A DNA stretch of 63,983 nt, counting the filler, from Octopus bimaculoides (Eukaryota): assembly GCF_001194135.2 (NCBI RefSeq). It is 6 parts of 6 records of this genome, joined end to end, with 100 filler letters (N's around TTAATTAATTAA, not from the genome) between each part and the next. Parts side by side here need not be neighbours in the genome. Positions count along the whole stretch, not along the records: positions 1 to 14,608 come from NC_068989.1; positions 14,709 to 36,872 come from NC_068981.1; 4 more parts are not named here. One strand, written 5' to 3'. The position numbers and the translations under genes were made by a program. Under the pieces are notes generated by a model, which ran no database searches, was not told where the DNA came from, and saw only the letters and a program-made list of their open reading frames with translations. Shown here one piece after another: positions 11,639-25,742 of the stretch; position 1 is the stretch's first letter; each line of letters starts with the position of its first letter.

Positions 11639-13430
11639 AGATGCTTCCAAGAAACTTAATATCTGCTCCTAGTATCTCTTCTCAGAATCTCAAATTGCAA
11701 TTACCAAGTCATGTTCCTTTCTGTTACCTGAAAAGATAGGTACATAAAGATTATGATCTAAAACAAAACACAATATGGAAGACAAGCATTATACCAGTTC
11801 TTCTAAATGACTTTGAAACCTACTGTATTTTCTGGCACATAAGCCAGTATAGTATATAGTAAATAGTATAAACATGTAGAGTAAACATCCAATCATTGTC
11901 ACTGTCTTTCCAAATCCTGCTGCCTTTCACATGGAATTCTTGATCCTCCAAAGTTGCTCTTTCTTTGGCTGTAAACTTTTGTCTGACAAATTTCACTTAC
12001 TGTATTTTTGGGCATCTAAAGCACATCAAATACCCTAACTGAATATCTCATGCATTTTCATGTATAGGAACCATGAAGATTTAGACTGATACCCTTCGGT
12101 AAGCTATTATGGTAGGCTAACTTACAATACTTACTTTAACACTGTCAAATATCATCACTGATCTTCACCATCACCAATAATTAATAATACCATCGTTAAT
12201 AATAATAACCAAGTCTAGCCAAAGCCTGACCTTCAGCACATAAGACACAGTGTGACTTGAGAGAATTTTTTTTTGGGAAAAATGTATGCCTTATATGCTG
12301 AAAAATATGGTAGACAAGTTACAGGTGACATTTTAGATTGAAATAATTATATGACAAAAGTTTTGATGGTCTGGTCATGTGATGTGAATGTAGAATGATT
12401 TGGTTGCTGCAATAAATGCCTTGGGTGTATGAAAGAAAGCAACACAGAGAGGAGAAAGGAAGTTTTTAAAATATCAGCATTACTCAGTAGTCAACTGCCC
12501 TAAATGAAGTTGGATCATCCATGATGGAACCCACTTCTTTGTCTGAGCACAAACTCCATACCTCAGCAATAAACATGAGCGTAGAAAGCAGCACAATTGA
12601 CCAACGTGGTTTATTTTTACTCCATGATGTTACAAACACCTGATCTACATAATCTTGTTGATCCACAGTTAAATCTTGTTGATCCACAGTTAAATCATTA
12701 TCATCCCCCGAAGATTCCTGACAGTTATATATATATNNNNNNNNNNNNNNNNNNNNNNNNNNNNNNNNNNNNNNNNNNNNNNNNNNNNNNNNNNNNNNNN
12801 NNNNNNNNNNNNNNNNNNNNNNNNNNNNNNNNNNNNNNNNNNNNNNNNNNNNNNNNNNNNNNNNNNNNNNNNNNNNNNNNNNNNNNNNNNNNNNNNNNNN
12901 NNNNNNNNNNNNNNNNNNNNNNNNNNNNNNNNNNNNNNNNNNNNNNNNNNNNNNNNNNNNNNNNNNNNNNNNNNNNNNNNNNNNATGGCTGTGTGATTAA
13001 GAAGTTTGCTTCTCAACCATGTGGTCTTGGGTTCAGTCCCAGAGCATAGCACCTTGGGCAAATGTCTTCTATTATAGCACCAGGCTGACCAAAGCTTTGT
13101 GAGTGGATTTGTTGGATGGAAACTGAAAAAAGCCCATCATGTGTGTTTGTTTGTGTCTGTGTGTCATGATGTTTAGACATCACATAATAGTTGTAAATGA
13201 GCATCATCACCATCATCATCATCATCATCATCATTCAAGCAATCCAGTCTTCCATGAAAAGCATGTCTGCCGATAGGGGAAATATTACCTTGCTTGAAAA
13301 CAGGTGAAGGTTGGCTACAAAAAGAGCACCCAGCTGTAGGAAATTAGCCTCAAGAAACTCCAGCTGACCTATACAAGAAAAGTGGATATTAAATAATGGT
13401 GATATGTATGTATACACATATACACAAATA

Positions 13431-13836
13431 TACTCTTTTACTTGTTTCAGTCATTTGACTGTGGCCATGCTGGAGCACCGACGTTAGTCGAGCAAATCGA
13501 CCCCAGGACTTATTCTTTGGAAGCCTAGTACTTATTTTGTTGGTCTCTATTGCCAAACCGCTAAGTTACGGGGATGTAAACACACCAGCATCAGTTGTCA
13601 AGTGATGTTGGGGGGGACAAACACAGACACACAAACATATACACACACACACATATATAGATACATATATACGATGGGCTTCTTTCAGTTTTCCGTCTAC
13701 CAAATCCACTCACAAGGCTTTGATCGGCCCCGAGACTATAGTAGAAAACACTTGCCCAAGGTGCTACGCAGTGGGACTGAACCAAGAACCATGTGGTTGG
13801 TAAGCAAGTTACTTACCACACAGCCACTCCTGCGCC
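13431..13836 (-). mobile_element. tRNA-derived SINE family C (CORE-like central box, internal microsatellite), full length
   Basis: Head ggcgcaggagtggctgtgtggtaag, ggcaccttgggcaagtgt box, internal (TA/TG)n, 3' half ending gactgaaacaagtaaaagagta. Confidence 0.85.
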
Positions 13837-14033
13837 TATACGTTCATATTTGGTCTGTGTGGGTGGCAGTTTTTAGTACCCAATATACATTATTAGTAAA
13901 ATCGAGTCTTTTGTAATTAGATACTTGAAGAAACGCTAAACATTTTCTCCATCATGTCCTATAAATCTGTTTGGAATTTGAATGTAAGAAACCATGCTGC
14001 TTTATCTGTATGTATTTGTATATTTTTCTCTCC

Positions 14034-14089
<56 letters not shown>

Positions 14090-14234
14090 TATTTATTGTA
14101 AATACTCTTAAACAATAGAGGACTGACATTTATAATGAAATCAATGCTTAATCCATCTTTTGAATAAAGTTGTACATGTGCATGTATAAGAGAGAAAGAG
14201 AAAGTAAGTGTATATTACACACATCTATCTATTT

Positions 14235-14559
14235 TACCTTTTACTTGTTTCAACCATTAGATTGTGGCCATGCTGGAGCACCACCTTGAAAAAAATTTAG
14301 TTGAGCAAATTGACTCCAGTACCTTTTTTTAAAGCCTGGTACTTATTCTATCGATCTTTTTTGCCAAACTGCTAAGTTACGCAGATGTAGACACACCAAC
14401 ATTTGTTGTCAAGTGTTGATCACATGCACACACGATGGGCTTCTTTTAGTTTCCGTTGACCAAATACCCTCGCAAAGCTTTCATTGGCCCAAGGCTTTAG
14501 TAGAATCTGGAATTATGTGGTTGGGAAGCAAGCCTCTTACCACATGTCCACACCTACAC

Positions 14560-14608
<49 letters not shown>

Positions 14609-14730
14609 NNNNNNNNNNNNNNNNNNNNNNNNNNNNNNNNNNNNNNNNNNNNTTAATTAATTAANNNNNNNNNNNNNNNNNNNNNNNNNNNNNNNNNNNN
14701 NNNNNNNNATATATATATAGATATATATGC

Positions 14731-14762
<32 letters not shown>

Positions 14763-15150
14763 GTATATATCTTTTCCTTACTTCAGTTAAAATAGACTAC
14801 AACCATGCTGGGGCATCACCTTTAAAAGTTTTTTGTCGAATGTATAGACCCCAGTACTTATTTTTTAAAGCCTGGTACTAATTTTATCGGTTATTTTGCC
14901 AAACCGCTAATGTTACACATCAGTACCACTGGGAGGGGGAAAATACTGACAGAAAGATACACTCACACACACACACACACACACACACACAAAGATATAT
15001 ATACGACGGGCTTTTTTCCAGCTGCTGTCTACCAAATCCACTCACAAGGCATTAGTTGGCCCGAGGCTATAGTAGAAAACACTTGCCCAAGGTGCCACGC
15101 AGTAACACTACACCCAGAACCATGTAGTTGGTAAGAAAGCTTCTTACCAC
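14235..15150 (-). mobile_element. Two further diverged family C SINEs (about 14235-14560 and 14770-15150)
   Basis: Both halves recognisable on the minus strand. Other fragments at 1-190, 455-550, 12986-13150, 33490-33700, 38735-38830, 49740-49895 and 52620-52790. Confidence 0.7.
14609..14708. other. 100-bp scaffold gap marker (44 N + TTAATTAATTAA + 44 N); also centred on 36917, 43629, 54910 and 61521
   Basis: Same 12-mer with stops in all six frames, embedded in N runs; 44 N on each side counted at 14609-14708 and 36873-36972. Confidence 0.95.
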
Positions 15151-16487
15151 ACATCTACATACACACATTCAGGCAACCACATATGCACTCCAACGTTAGA
15201 CACACACACACACACAAAAAGGATAAAGGGTTTTAAGCAATATGTCATCTAATTTCCTTAGAAAATTGAGAAGACGTTTTATATCTGTATATAAATAAAC
15301 GAAACCTGCTACTGACTATTTTTTCTTTTTGTCATTGTCAATACACACATACATGCACACGTACATACATACGTACATACAAGTTTGAGCGTGTGTGACA
15401 TTTTACATAGTTCATCCTACACAAGTTAATATGTGAAAAATAGAAATTTAGAAAGAAGTTTCTATAGAACTAGTTTTGAAGCATAGAATAGCTATGGAGG
15501 TCCACCGAATATAATAGTAATCAGAGGGGTCCATAGATAGAAAGAAATGGTTGTGAATACCTTATTTAAAAAGTGATTATATAAGAACATAGAGATGTTA
15601 TAATTAGTTGACGGTGTTTATTACATAAACATTGTTTTAAAAGTCATTTTTATCACTCCAATATCGATAATATTTGGCTTACATAGATTCTTCCGTCAAG
15701 AGTGTTGAGTTCATGACTATAAGGTTGTTGGTTAAGTTCCTGGATCAAGAAGCGCGTTGTGTTTTTAAATAAGGCACTTCATTTTACGGTGCTCCTGTCC
15801 ATACAGCTGAATAAAAGCGAATACTATTTACGTATTAACCTAGGATCCCATAGTTAATACCTACGTATTAACTAGCATCCCATAGTTAACCTGTAACTGT
15901 TGCTTGTACACCCAACTGCTTCATATCGTACGTAACTGGGATAAGCGCTAGCCTGATGAACTTCCAGGTTCAAGACAAATGTTAGTTTTTTTATTAACTC
16001 TTGTCATGTAAGATGTTAGTTGTTGTCTCAATCTTTTATTATAATTCCATTCAAATACCGGATGCTTTACAGAAATATTAAATGTATCAAATCTACTTCA
16101 GTCCTTGACTGGTACTTTAATCCATTAATCTCAAAAGAATGGAAGGTAAAGTGACCTCAGCAGGATTTGAACTGAGACTTTAGAAAATAGACACTAAATG
16201 CTGTAACAGATACATATATACATATATATACACATGCACACAAATATAGACAAATATTTACTCACACATACATATGCATACATGTATATACGCTCATAGT
16301 CCGTAGTGTCCATGAACATCGGGTGGATCATATCCATGCGTTCATTTTTTCGGGCTACATAATATCGGCACAGCTCGGTACAACCCCAAAAAACTGTTAT
16401 TGCCAGTTGGTATCATTAGGCTGTAGCTAGCATAATGAAATAGTTTTATATGCATATTCAAAAACGTTTCCTGTTTACAAACTTAAA

Positions 16488-16546
<59 letters not shown>

Positions 16547-17442
16547 NNNNNNNNNNNNNNNNNNNNNNNNNNNNNNNNNNNNNNNNNNNNNNNNNNNNNN
16601 NNNNNNNNNNNNNNNNNNNNNNNNNNACACATATGTAAGATCCAGGCATCGCGGTGTCGGATGAAAGTTAGCTTCGAGCAATCCGTAGTGAATATAAAAA
16701 AACAACTTTCAGGAACAATAGTGATTTATTGAGACGGAAGGTTGCAGATTTTTTTTTCTTTTATCGAAGAACGATGAGCTGAAAAAAAAACCCTTTTTAT
16801 ATTCCTCGGTAGGCAAAAAGAGTTGCCGAGTGTGCAAAAAAGAATACAAGAGTTACGGAATGGAGTATGGGAAATCCGGGCTACATATGTTTCATAGCGA
16901 GTGGAACATCAGAAGTGGTAAAATCTAAATAAGGTGTATACCTCCGGTTACTCTTCAGGTCAAGGATATCTTGATTAGATTAAAGGCTACATTGTCGCAA
17001 AGAGGAACATGTTGACGCAAAGATTTATATATAAACACACACGCACATACATACATATATACACATTTTTTCTGATGCATTAATGGTTCTGCCAATCCCC
17101 GCCAAGGTTGTTGGTTTCATAAGCAAAATATTTACTTCAAATATTGGAGTGAACTTCCATTCTAAAAAGTCCTAGTTCTTTTTGAATCAATATTGACTGA
17201 TGCTTGCTTCTTTTCCTTTAAATTTCAGAGGAAGATTTCGCAAAACAACTTTACTTATGGCTTGGATTACAGACACACCTCGCTCCCGAAGTGTGGAAAG
17301 GATGTAAGTAATGTAGAAAGTATTTTTTAACAATTTGCTTCTCAACTGTTAGAATTCATTGAAACGATTGACAACTGTTATTTGCAATGGTTTCTTTGCC
17401 TTCTGATTAATACTGATAAAAGAGTAAAAGGAATTGTTATTC

Positions 17443-17975
17443 AGTGAGAGAGCAGTGCATGCTATCAAAGTGCATGACACTGGGAGTACAAATATACGAA
17501 GCCCAATATACACATGACCACTCGTCTGATAAGGGTACACCAGGCACATGCATCACAACCGTATGCGCACGACATGGTGATCTCATATTAATATAAACAG
17601 CACATGACCTTACAGGTGGGGTCCAGTTAGAATTTTCTTCAGGTCGAGTAGCCCATCCCGCTCAAAAGGTCCCTGAATAAGGATTGTTTAAGGATGATGC
17701 ACGAAATACCTATGTTTCCAGAGGTGAATTATTCAAATCCCAAAGATTTCCTCTCAACACATGGCTATGATGCTGCTCCACTACTTCTGCTCGTGATCAT
17801 CAGCCACCAAGGGACATACTCAACTGGTCAAGGTCAAGTAAATCTGTAGTACTGAGCAGAATATTTGCTGTAGCCCATCTTTTATACCAAGACAAAACAT
17901 GTACATGATAACACCTTCAATCAGTTGAGATAAGAAGCCATGAGAGCCACTGCCTGGTACTACAACAGGGCATTA
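17443..17975 (-). mobile_element. Family F element, near full length
   Basis: agtgagagagcagtgcatgctatcaaagtg ... gagccactgcctggtactacaacagggcatt. Confidence 0.75.
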
Positions 17976-18844
17976 TGAATAATATTAATAGGCCAACTTT
18001 TTGTTTTTGTACGTAGCTGTGATATGTCAAATTTACTTCAAAGGACAGAGGAGGTATATTTGGAGTGGCAAAGCGGGAGAGAGGAGGACAGAGAAGAATA
18101 GAGAGAGTGGGAAAAACAGTGAGCGATGACGGCATTCGTTTTGTGTTTTTAAATGTCAGTATTTTCGGAGTACATCTCAAGAAACGAAGTACATCTCAAG
18201 AAACGAAGTACATTTCAAGAAACATAGATATATACATTTCAAGAAAAGTAGATGCATAGATCATAAGAAAAGTTGATACATAGATACATAGACACATTGT
18301 TACATCAAAGACAAATAACTACAACAAATATTGGATGTCACTGTCACTTTTCATTACCACACGAGGATAAAATTAACTCGCAAGTGGCTGTGTACTCCAA
18401 AGACATGCATGCCATTAACATAGTTCTCCGGGAGATTCAGCCTCACACAGAATACGACAAGGCTGGCCCCTTTGAATTACAACTACAACTCATTTTGGCC
18501 AGCTGAGTGGATTGGAGCGAGATAAACCTTCAAGTGATTGGAAGAAAACGAAAAGAGATCCTATATATGGGCAGGAAGATTTCTTTAGTCATTAGAGTTA
18601 TTATGGGTGTTAATCCGGTCCTAACAGCAGCATTTGTGGATCTCACAGATCTGGAGGCCAAGCCCCCAGATAAACACCGATGCGCAGGCTGTTGTAATCA
18701 GACTGAGCGTGAGTCGAGTGCGAAGTCACTACACGACGGAATAGCAATTATTTAGTCTTAGTTTTCATTGCTTATACTAAATACATGACATTTTTGCCTT
18801 ACGTTATGGAACATTTCCTTTCCTTTTACGCTTTTTAAAAATAG

Positions 18845-19030
18845 CACTCCGTCGTAACGACGACGAGGTTCCTGTTTATCTGATCCACAGAACAGTCAGC
18901 TCGTAAAATTAACGCGCAAGTGGCTGAGTACTCCATAGACATGCATACCATAACGTAGTTCTCAGGGAGATTCAACTTCACACAGAATGTGACAAGACTG
19001 GCCCCTTTGTATTACAGCTACAACTCATTT
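18845..19030 (-). mobile_element. Family A SINE 3' part (a related fragment lies at about 18375-18500)
   Basis: Matches 41215-41390. Confidence 0.7.
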
Positions 19031-19359
19031 TTGCTTCAGCTACTGCTTCTGTATGATATCTAAATCATTTATATGCTCGAATCAAGTGATCCTGGTTCAT
19101 TTTGGACATTACTTTAACTATGGCAACTTTCAAAGAATTTTTGGTGTTTTGGGCGTGTTCATTGACTTCTCTCTCAACATCGCACAACATGTAATAGTCA
19201 AATAGATTGAGATCTGAGGAATTAGGAGGCTAAATGTTAGGGGTTACGTGATCATGAAAATTTTCAGCCATCTATTCCTGTGTTACTAGAGCTATGTGAG
19301 ATAGTGCAGAGGCTTACTGAAACATATATGGCCTTCCATTGCATACACTGTCTATCCAG

Positions 19360-20136
19360 GGCTTAAGAATTATTTCCAGGACCTCAATGTAGGTGGCAGA
19401 GTTAACTCTAAGGCCTTGTGGAAAAAAATAAGCATTGTATGTCCTTCATTGCTGACAACCCCTAAAACCATCACAGTTGCAGGAAATTTTGTATGCATAA
19501 CACTTGGAACTTCAGAAGGGTCTGCACATAACCATCTGTCATTTCTTCTGTTAACTTTTTGATCTTGTTCGAAGCTTTTCTCGTTTGAGAAAAAACAAAT
19601 CAAATATTCTGCTGGATTTTTCAGTTCGATTAAGAGCCTTTTAGATCTGATTTAGTGATTTTATTTTGCTTTTTAGACAAATTGACGTTTCTTTTATATA
19701 AGACTTATATCTGATGTCTTCATGGACAACATTACTGACTCTTCCTCCTCACACATGGAGATCTTTTGCAATTGACCTCAGGTACTTTCTGGGATTGTAA
19801 TCAATGGTCTGTTGAACTTGCTGGATAAATTCAGGTGTTCTGATGATTTCAAAGCGTTTAGAATGCTTTTTATGCTTTGATACCAGTGATACGTTTCCAT
19901 CTTCAGTTTCTAATTGCTTGCAAACTTTGTAGACGAAAGATCTGGTAACTTTTAAAACTCGAGATATTTCTAAATCACTATGTTCAGCCTTTATAACCAC
20001 AGCATGCCTCTTCATTTCTTGAGTAAGCTGTGAGTCTGCTATTATTGTTTTCTGAAACAAAGATTATACAGAGTTAGCAAAAAATGCTGCAATAACCTCC
20101 AAAAGGTATGTCTTCAAATATCTTACGTGCCCTGTA
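19360..20136 (-). mobile_element. Tc1/mariner-superfamily (maT/DD37D-like) transposon remnant
   Basis: ORFs 19749..20060 (HTH region) and 19370..19603 (TKFPATVMVLGVVSNEG); terminus TACAGGG at 20130-20136. Confidence 0.85.
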
Positions 20137-20290
20137 TAGTTATCGGTTTTACACCTTCTTTCTATATTCTGCAAGTGTCACAATATAGAAACATTTCTCA
20201 TGACACCAGCATACAATGTACAGATGCTTACATTTTTCATATTTTCCATGAAGTCTGCACGGGTCCAGCTAGCTATTATTATTATTATTA

Positions 20291-20366
<76 letters not shown>

Positions 20367-21699
20367 CATTATTATTATTATTATCTGATCTATTCAGCTT
20401 GTTGTTGACGGTTGTTGTTAATGTACCACCTTTTCTCGAGAAATTTTCAAAGGCTCCTTGTACGTGCAAGTAATAAAACTGTTTTCGGGATGTGCTCTAT
20501 TTTCATCTGTTAATTGACTCCTATAACAGCACTCCATAATGATCGTATGAATTTCTTTGTGTCAGCAGTCAGAGGTTGTCGGTGTCCCATTGCTGCTCGA
20601 TGGGACACCTACTATTCACAGCACATTCATCACTGGTTCCAATCTCACACCGTTATCTATTATATTTCTTTCGGATATTTCACTCGTAAATGCTGTTTAA
20701 GTAGTTTTATTTTTTTGCGTAACGTCTTCACAAGATGGATTACCAACTAAAGTTCAGAGACACTCCGTCCACCCTCTTTTTGCAGAGCTGAAGGGATGTG
20801 GTTTGCTGGTTTTGTTCGCTGAATTCAAACTGCAACCTGTTTCTTCAGATATTCTATGCTCTCTGTAGTGTGACAATGTTAACCATTTAACGGAATATAG
20901 AAAACTATTTGGTGATATTTTTATGCATGTACCTGGTAATTTTATTATGTTAGTAATTTCTATTACCTCACCACAGGTCTAAAGCTTCTTTATCTCCCCA
21001 CTTACATCGTGAAATTTGCCTTCTCATTTTCTTTTTCTTTCACTCTGGTGTGGAATGAACAGGCTACATTCTATTAACCAGATAAGTTCTAATAAATTTC
21101 TCCAGCACAATGACACCTGATCTTGAATATTCTAGTTTCTTATTTGGATTTTCATTTCCCATAAAACTTTTACATGATAATTTTCGACAACTTACCCTCG
21201 TCTTTTATCATACCCTTGTTCAGGGTGGGCTAGCCTGAATGTTTTACAGTTGGCAGTGTATAACAAATACAATTTTGTCGTGTACCCAGCCCTTGTAGTG
21301 TTTCTGCGTTATGTTCTTATATTTTGGTACACAGTAGACAACAGTTACTTCCCTCTCACCACATAATTGACATAGTGATTGAATATCTTTCTTATCTATG
21401 TTTACTGAATGCTCGTGTTCTAATGACCTGTTCTTTGGCCGCTAATGGTTTGGCCTTCAGTGGTTTTCTTCAGGTCTCTTTTTCTTTTCCTTAACCAGTC
21501 ACATGACCAAATGCTTCTGTATGCAGTGTTCTTGAAGAAAGTTTTAGCCGCGGAGAAATGCCATGCGACATTTATTCTAGCTCTTCTTAGTTCAAATCCC
21601 GTAGAGGTAACTTTTGCCTTTCATCCCGCCGGGGTCGAAAAAGCAAGGTACCGGTCAAGTACTGGGACTGATGTAATCGAATAACACCTCACTGCCCTG

Positions 21700-22530
21700 A
21701 GAGTACAGATACCAGTGTCTTTGCGGTTACTAAGCTTCTTCAGGTCGGCACCGACTTTGTCGGGCGTGACAGGATCGAGTCTGCAAGTGTCATTGGTTGC
21801 GGCTGTGTCTGCGGTGATGGTTAGGCAGGGATCGATTGAGACAGGTGGGTGATGAAGAAGGCTGAAGTGATCCTTCCAGCGTTCGAGGAGAGCGGTTTCG
21901 TGGGGATGACGTTGCCATTGGTATCCTTTACGGGGGTTGTCTTGAACAGGGGACCGCCCAGAACTTATCTTGGTCATCTGTGACGGCCTTGTTGCCTATC
22001 TGAAGGTACTCATTCCTTTTTGGCCGCACAGGCGAGTCTTGCGATGGCAGTTGATTACCTTCAACGTCTGCAGTGAAATCTAGGGCCGCTGGGGAATAGA
22101 TCTTGAGTATACTAGGACATCACGTGCAGACGGGTTGGTGTTTGATTTAAAGATCTCCCAGTTGTCGGCCTCATCATTGGCCAGGGCGCTGAAGCAATTG
22201 GCGATAGAAGATGAGTCAGGGCGAGGCAGGTTAGTGGCGGGGTCTGCTCACAGCTTCAACTTGAGAGTTACAGCCAGCAATCGATGTTCGGTATTGCCGA
22301 GTTATCTCCTCTGTAGACTCGGCAGTTAGTGACCAATGACCTCCAGCGATAGGAGATGAAGATGTGGTCGATCGCCTTCCTGCTGTAACCGTCCGGCCTC
22401 TGTCAGGTCAAGTGATGGATAAGTTTGCGAGAGAACCGGGTGTCGGTGTTATAGAAATTGTTGTAGCGGCATAGGAGCAGCAGCCGGTTACTGTTGTCAT
22501 TGGTAGATGGGTCTGGAAGATAGAAATGGC
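21700..22530 (-). mobile_element. RTE-like LINE fragment (APE endonuclease C-terminus and linker)
   Basis: Minus-strand translation gives RKAIDHIFISYRWRSLVTNCRVYRR..TEHRLLAVTLKLKL and PVTPDKVGADLKKLSNRKDTGIC. Confidence 0.8.
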
Positions 22531-22958
22531 CCTGACGAAAGTAACATTAATTTTCTTAGGTCGTTCAATTTACCTCAATTGATCAATAGACCAATTGAGT
22601 AAATCTATTAATAATGTACCTATAATGATTACTGGAAACAGCTGTAAGCCAAATTTGCCCTAATAAAGGAATTATATGTAATGACCATTCTGTTTAACTT
22701 GTTTCTGATATATATATATATATACATACATACATACATATATNNNNNNNNNNNNNNNNNNNNNNNNNNNNNNNNNNNNNNNNNNNNNNNNNNNNNNNNN
22801 NNNNNNNNNNNNNNNNNNNNNNNNNNNNNNNNNNNNNNNNNNNNNNNNNNNNNNNNNNNNNNNNNNNNNNNATAAACCTTTCTCTCTATGTATGTATGTA
22901 TGTATTTGTCTATATATATATATTTTGTTGAAATCTACTTTTTCTTTATTTATTGTAG

Positions 22959-23096
22959 CATCATCTTGTAAGAACACTTACCTTGATGCAAAATGTGACA
23001 CATGGAGTGCGAATGGAGACTGTTTAACGAATCCTAAGTGGATGAACGAAAATTGCGCAAAGAGTTGCAGTTCGTGTCCTTCTGATACGCAACCAT
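22959..23096 (+). CDS. Multi-ShKT-domain protein, ShKT exon 1 (internal, phase 1-1): xSSCKNTYLDAKCDTWSANGDCLTNPKWMNENCAKSCSSCPSDTQP
   Basis: Polypyrimidine tract + AG at 22957-58; donor T|GTAAGT at 23097; 138 nt; C-x8-C-x8-C-x10-C-x3-C-x2-C, ending in the ShKT-type CxxxCxxC motif. Confidence 0.93.
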
Positions 23097-24620
23097 GTAA
23101 GTAACGAATTTTTATTTCCACTTTCTAGAAATTAGCCAATTGCATAGTATTAAGAGACGTTGCTGTTTAATCTCCATGTCTGCCTTGATTAATTGATTAA
23201 GGCAGACATTTATCAAGAGCATTTGAGCCGTCACCATCTCATATTTTTATACATCTTGGACAACAATAGCCAAAGTGTCAACCTCTTTTTAAAACGACAG
23301 AGATTATTCAAGAGAATGCGGTTGATATTTCTAACAGTTTGAGGGAATGCATTGAAGCTCTCTCTTTCGTTGCTTCATACTAAGAATTATAAAATTTTAA
23401 GTAGAATTGAAAAGTGCTAATTTCCCGAATTAAAGGGTTGTACATTTAGAAAATGTTGATAGCGATAATTCTTTGTCTTTGCTGCTATTTAATTTATTAA
23501 CCATGGCGTAGTCTTTATTGAAAGTCAACCTTTCGAACTTAGAAATATAGTTCACTGATCTTTAACCTCTTCTTAGATACAGAGGATCAGAGAAGGATTT
23601 GAATTCAGAACATTCAAATTCAAGAACTTTTGGAAAATAAGCATTTGAAATATTCGTGCCTTTCTTAGACATTTTCAAACGATTCGTCCGTTACTAGGCA
23701 GTCGAGTATATTACTTGATCGTTTATTACAAGCAGTAATCACCAGTTTGTGTCAGCAGTATTAACCTGTGAGACGTAGTAACGGTTCTGGTCATACTTGT
23801 AGTGGTGAGATTGCAAGAAAATATTGCAAGTTAATAAGTCATTCAGTAATTGTAGAGTTGACCCGCTTCTTACAGTATTGAACTATACCACTGTTTGATA
23901 CCTTCTTACAGCTGGATGTACTTAGACACTGAGAGTTCAGTGTCTTAGTGAGAAACACAGCCTTATTAAGCTCACAAGTTTCAAACTATCGGCACGTCGA
24001 CTGGTCGATAACAGAAAGATAAAAGCAGAGAGGGGAAGGAAAATATTTAAATATAAAATTCTAGAAACAGAAATACCAGGAATATGGTAGTCAAAAAGAG
24101 TAACAACCCTTACAATAATTATTTCTAACAATGCTCACTTACTTAAAATGAAGGATAAATTGTTATAGTTATGAGATAATAGATATTTGGTTTAATCGAT
24201 CTGGAGTTGTCTCCGGTGTTTAAAGAGGAATGATAAGGTTGTTTAAAACATGATCTGGGATCAGAATTATAAAAAAAATGAAGGTAGATATACTGTTGTT
24301 GATGATGATATTGTTTATCCATATGTGAGTTGTAACTTAAAAATATCTATCTTCAAAAAGTGTAGTATGTATCGATATGTCTTATAAAATTAAGACTACG
24401 TAGTCCAATGTTTCATGCTTTTTGAAGATGGTGGTATATGATTTGAGGAATATTTGGCAGTTATTTCTTAAAGCTCGAGCAAACCGTATACTGTTATAGA
24501 TATCTCCACAAATCTAATAATACCTCACAGAATGGTAATAAATATTTATGTAACTGCTTTATGTACAGAGATGCAGGAATTGCGATATTTACACCCCCTC
24601 TCTCTCTCTCATATATCTTA

Positions 24621-25742
24621 TCTATATATAAAATAGAGATTCTGTCCGTTTTTGTGTTTGTTCTTTTGTTCGTCTACCAAAATGAAAGTAAATGGTTCAA
24701 GAGAAGTTATGTTTTTTCTATATCTCTTACTGTGCTATTGCCCAATTTGTCTCAACAAAACTTATACAATGGTACAACACTAATTATGCCCAAACCTATG
24801 AGGAACTGCATTCAAGAAAATATTCTCACTGGTTGTGGTAAAGATGAACCTTCTTCGTTCCTCGCATACCAGTTATGCCAGTTTCTGGAGAGATTACATC
24901 TTTTCTTTGGTGGCATATTTTTTCAATATTATAAATCCAAAATTATGAACATAGAAGAAATTATACAGTAATCTCCATTAATGTAAGCAATTGTATGTAT
25001 GTAGTATATCTTTATTTTTCTATGCAGTATAAATTAACCAAATATAAGCAAATTAACCAAATAGAAGCCCATGTATGAACTGCTAATTTAATGGTAAATT
25101 TGCAACTGCTCGGATAATTATTAACTGGTAATTGAACAGTAAATGTGTATTTTTACATACCTTGGACCTGCCACCTCATTGTTTTTTGTCAAGTGTTTCA
25201 CCTCCAGGTGTTCGTTATGTCAGTTAACACACGTACACTGACATACCATTCCGCCGTCCCTCTCAAACTCAGCTTCGCCATGACAATTAACAAAGCACAA
25301 GGTCAATCGCTGAAAGTTGTCGGATTGGACCTTCGAACATCGTGCTTTTCACATGGACAGTTCTATGTCGGTTGTTCTAGAGTTGGTCATCCAAACAACT
25401 TATTCATCTACGCCCCTGAAAGAAAAACCAGAAATGTCTTCTACAAAGCAACCCTACAGTAGTTACTCCTCTACTGTAATCTTCACATTTACGCCAAATT
25501 GTAGCCGTTAGCAATCAGACTTCCTACAATCATTTCATTTGATATTTGCTTCATTTCCATGATTGCTGTTAACAATACATTACCTTCAATGACCCTTCTT
25601 ACTTCACGCACGTTGTTCGTTCATAAGCATGCTCTGACATTCATTTTTGTACACGCCATTATTCTATTTGTGTGTTTGCTGTAAATGTTTGCTTTTGTCT
25701 ATCATACATAACTTGCATTGAAAAAAGCGTCAATGCGGTAGT
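24621..25742 (+). mobile_element. Internally deleted Helitron with PIF1 helicase fragments, ShKT intron 1
   Basis: A|TCTATATATAAAA 5' terminus at 24621; LLPNLSQQNLYNGTTLI...ILTGCGKDE (PIF1 2B region, about 24730-24850); PLKLSFAMTINKAQGQSL...FSHGQFYVGCSRV (motifs V-VI, 25255-25462). The 3' end is degenerate and approximate. Confidence 0.8.

Noticed and set aside
12088-12687. Splice-like signals and short open frames at 12088-12120 and 12484-12687
   Set aside because: No consistent frame or recognisable protein motif.
14653-14664. Recurrent TTAATTAATTAA motif (also at 36917, 43629, 54910, 61521)
   Set aside because: It always sits in the middle of an N run that totals 100 bp where counted, and it has stops in all six frames. 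It is an artificial scaffolding linker, and distances and order across these points are uncertain.
16812-16920. Peptide GKKSCRVCKK resembling the ShKT C-terminal motif
   Set aside because: Only two Cys and no upstream ShKT cysteines in frame; probably chance.
23921-23948. 9-bp hairpin agacactga-gagt-tcagtgtct followed shortly by GAAA
   Set aside because: No CUGANGA core upstream; not a hammerhead, and no other function can be supported.
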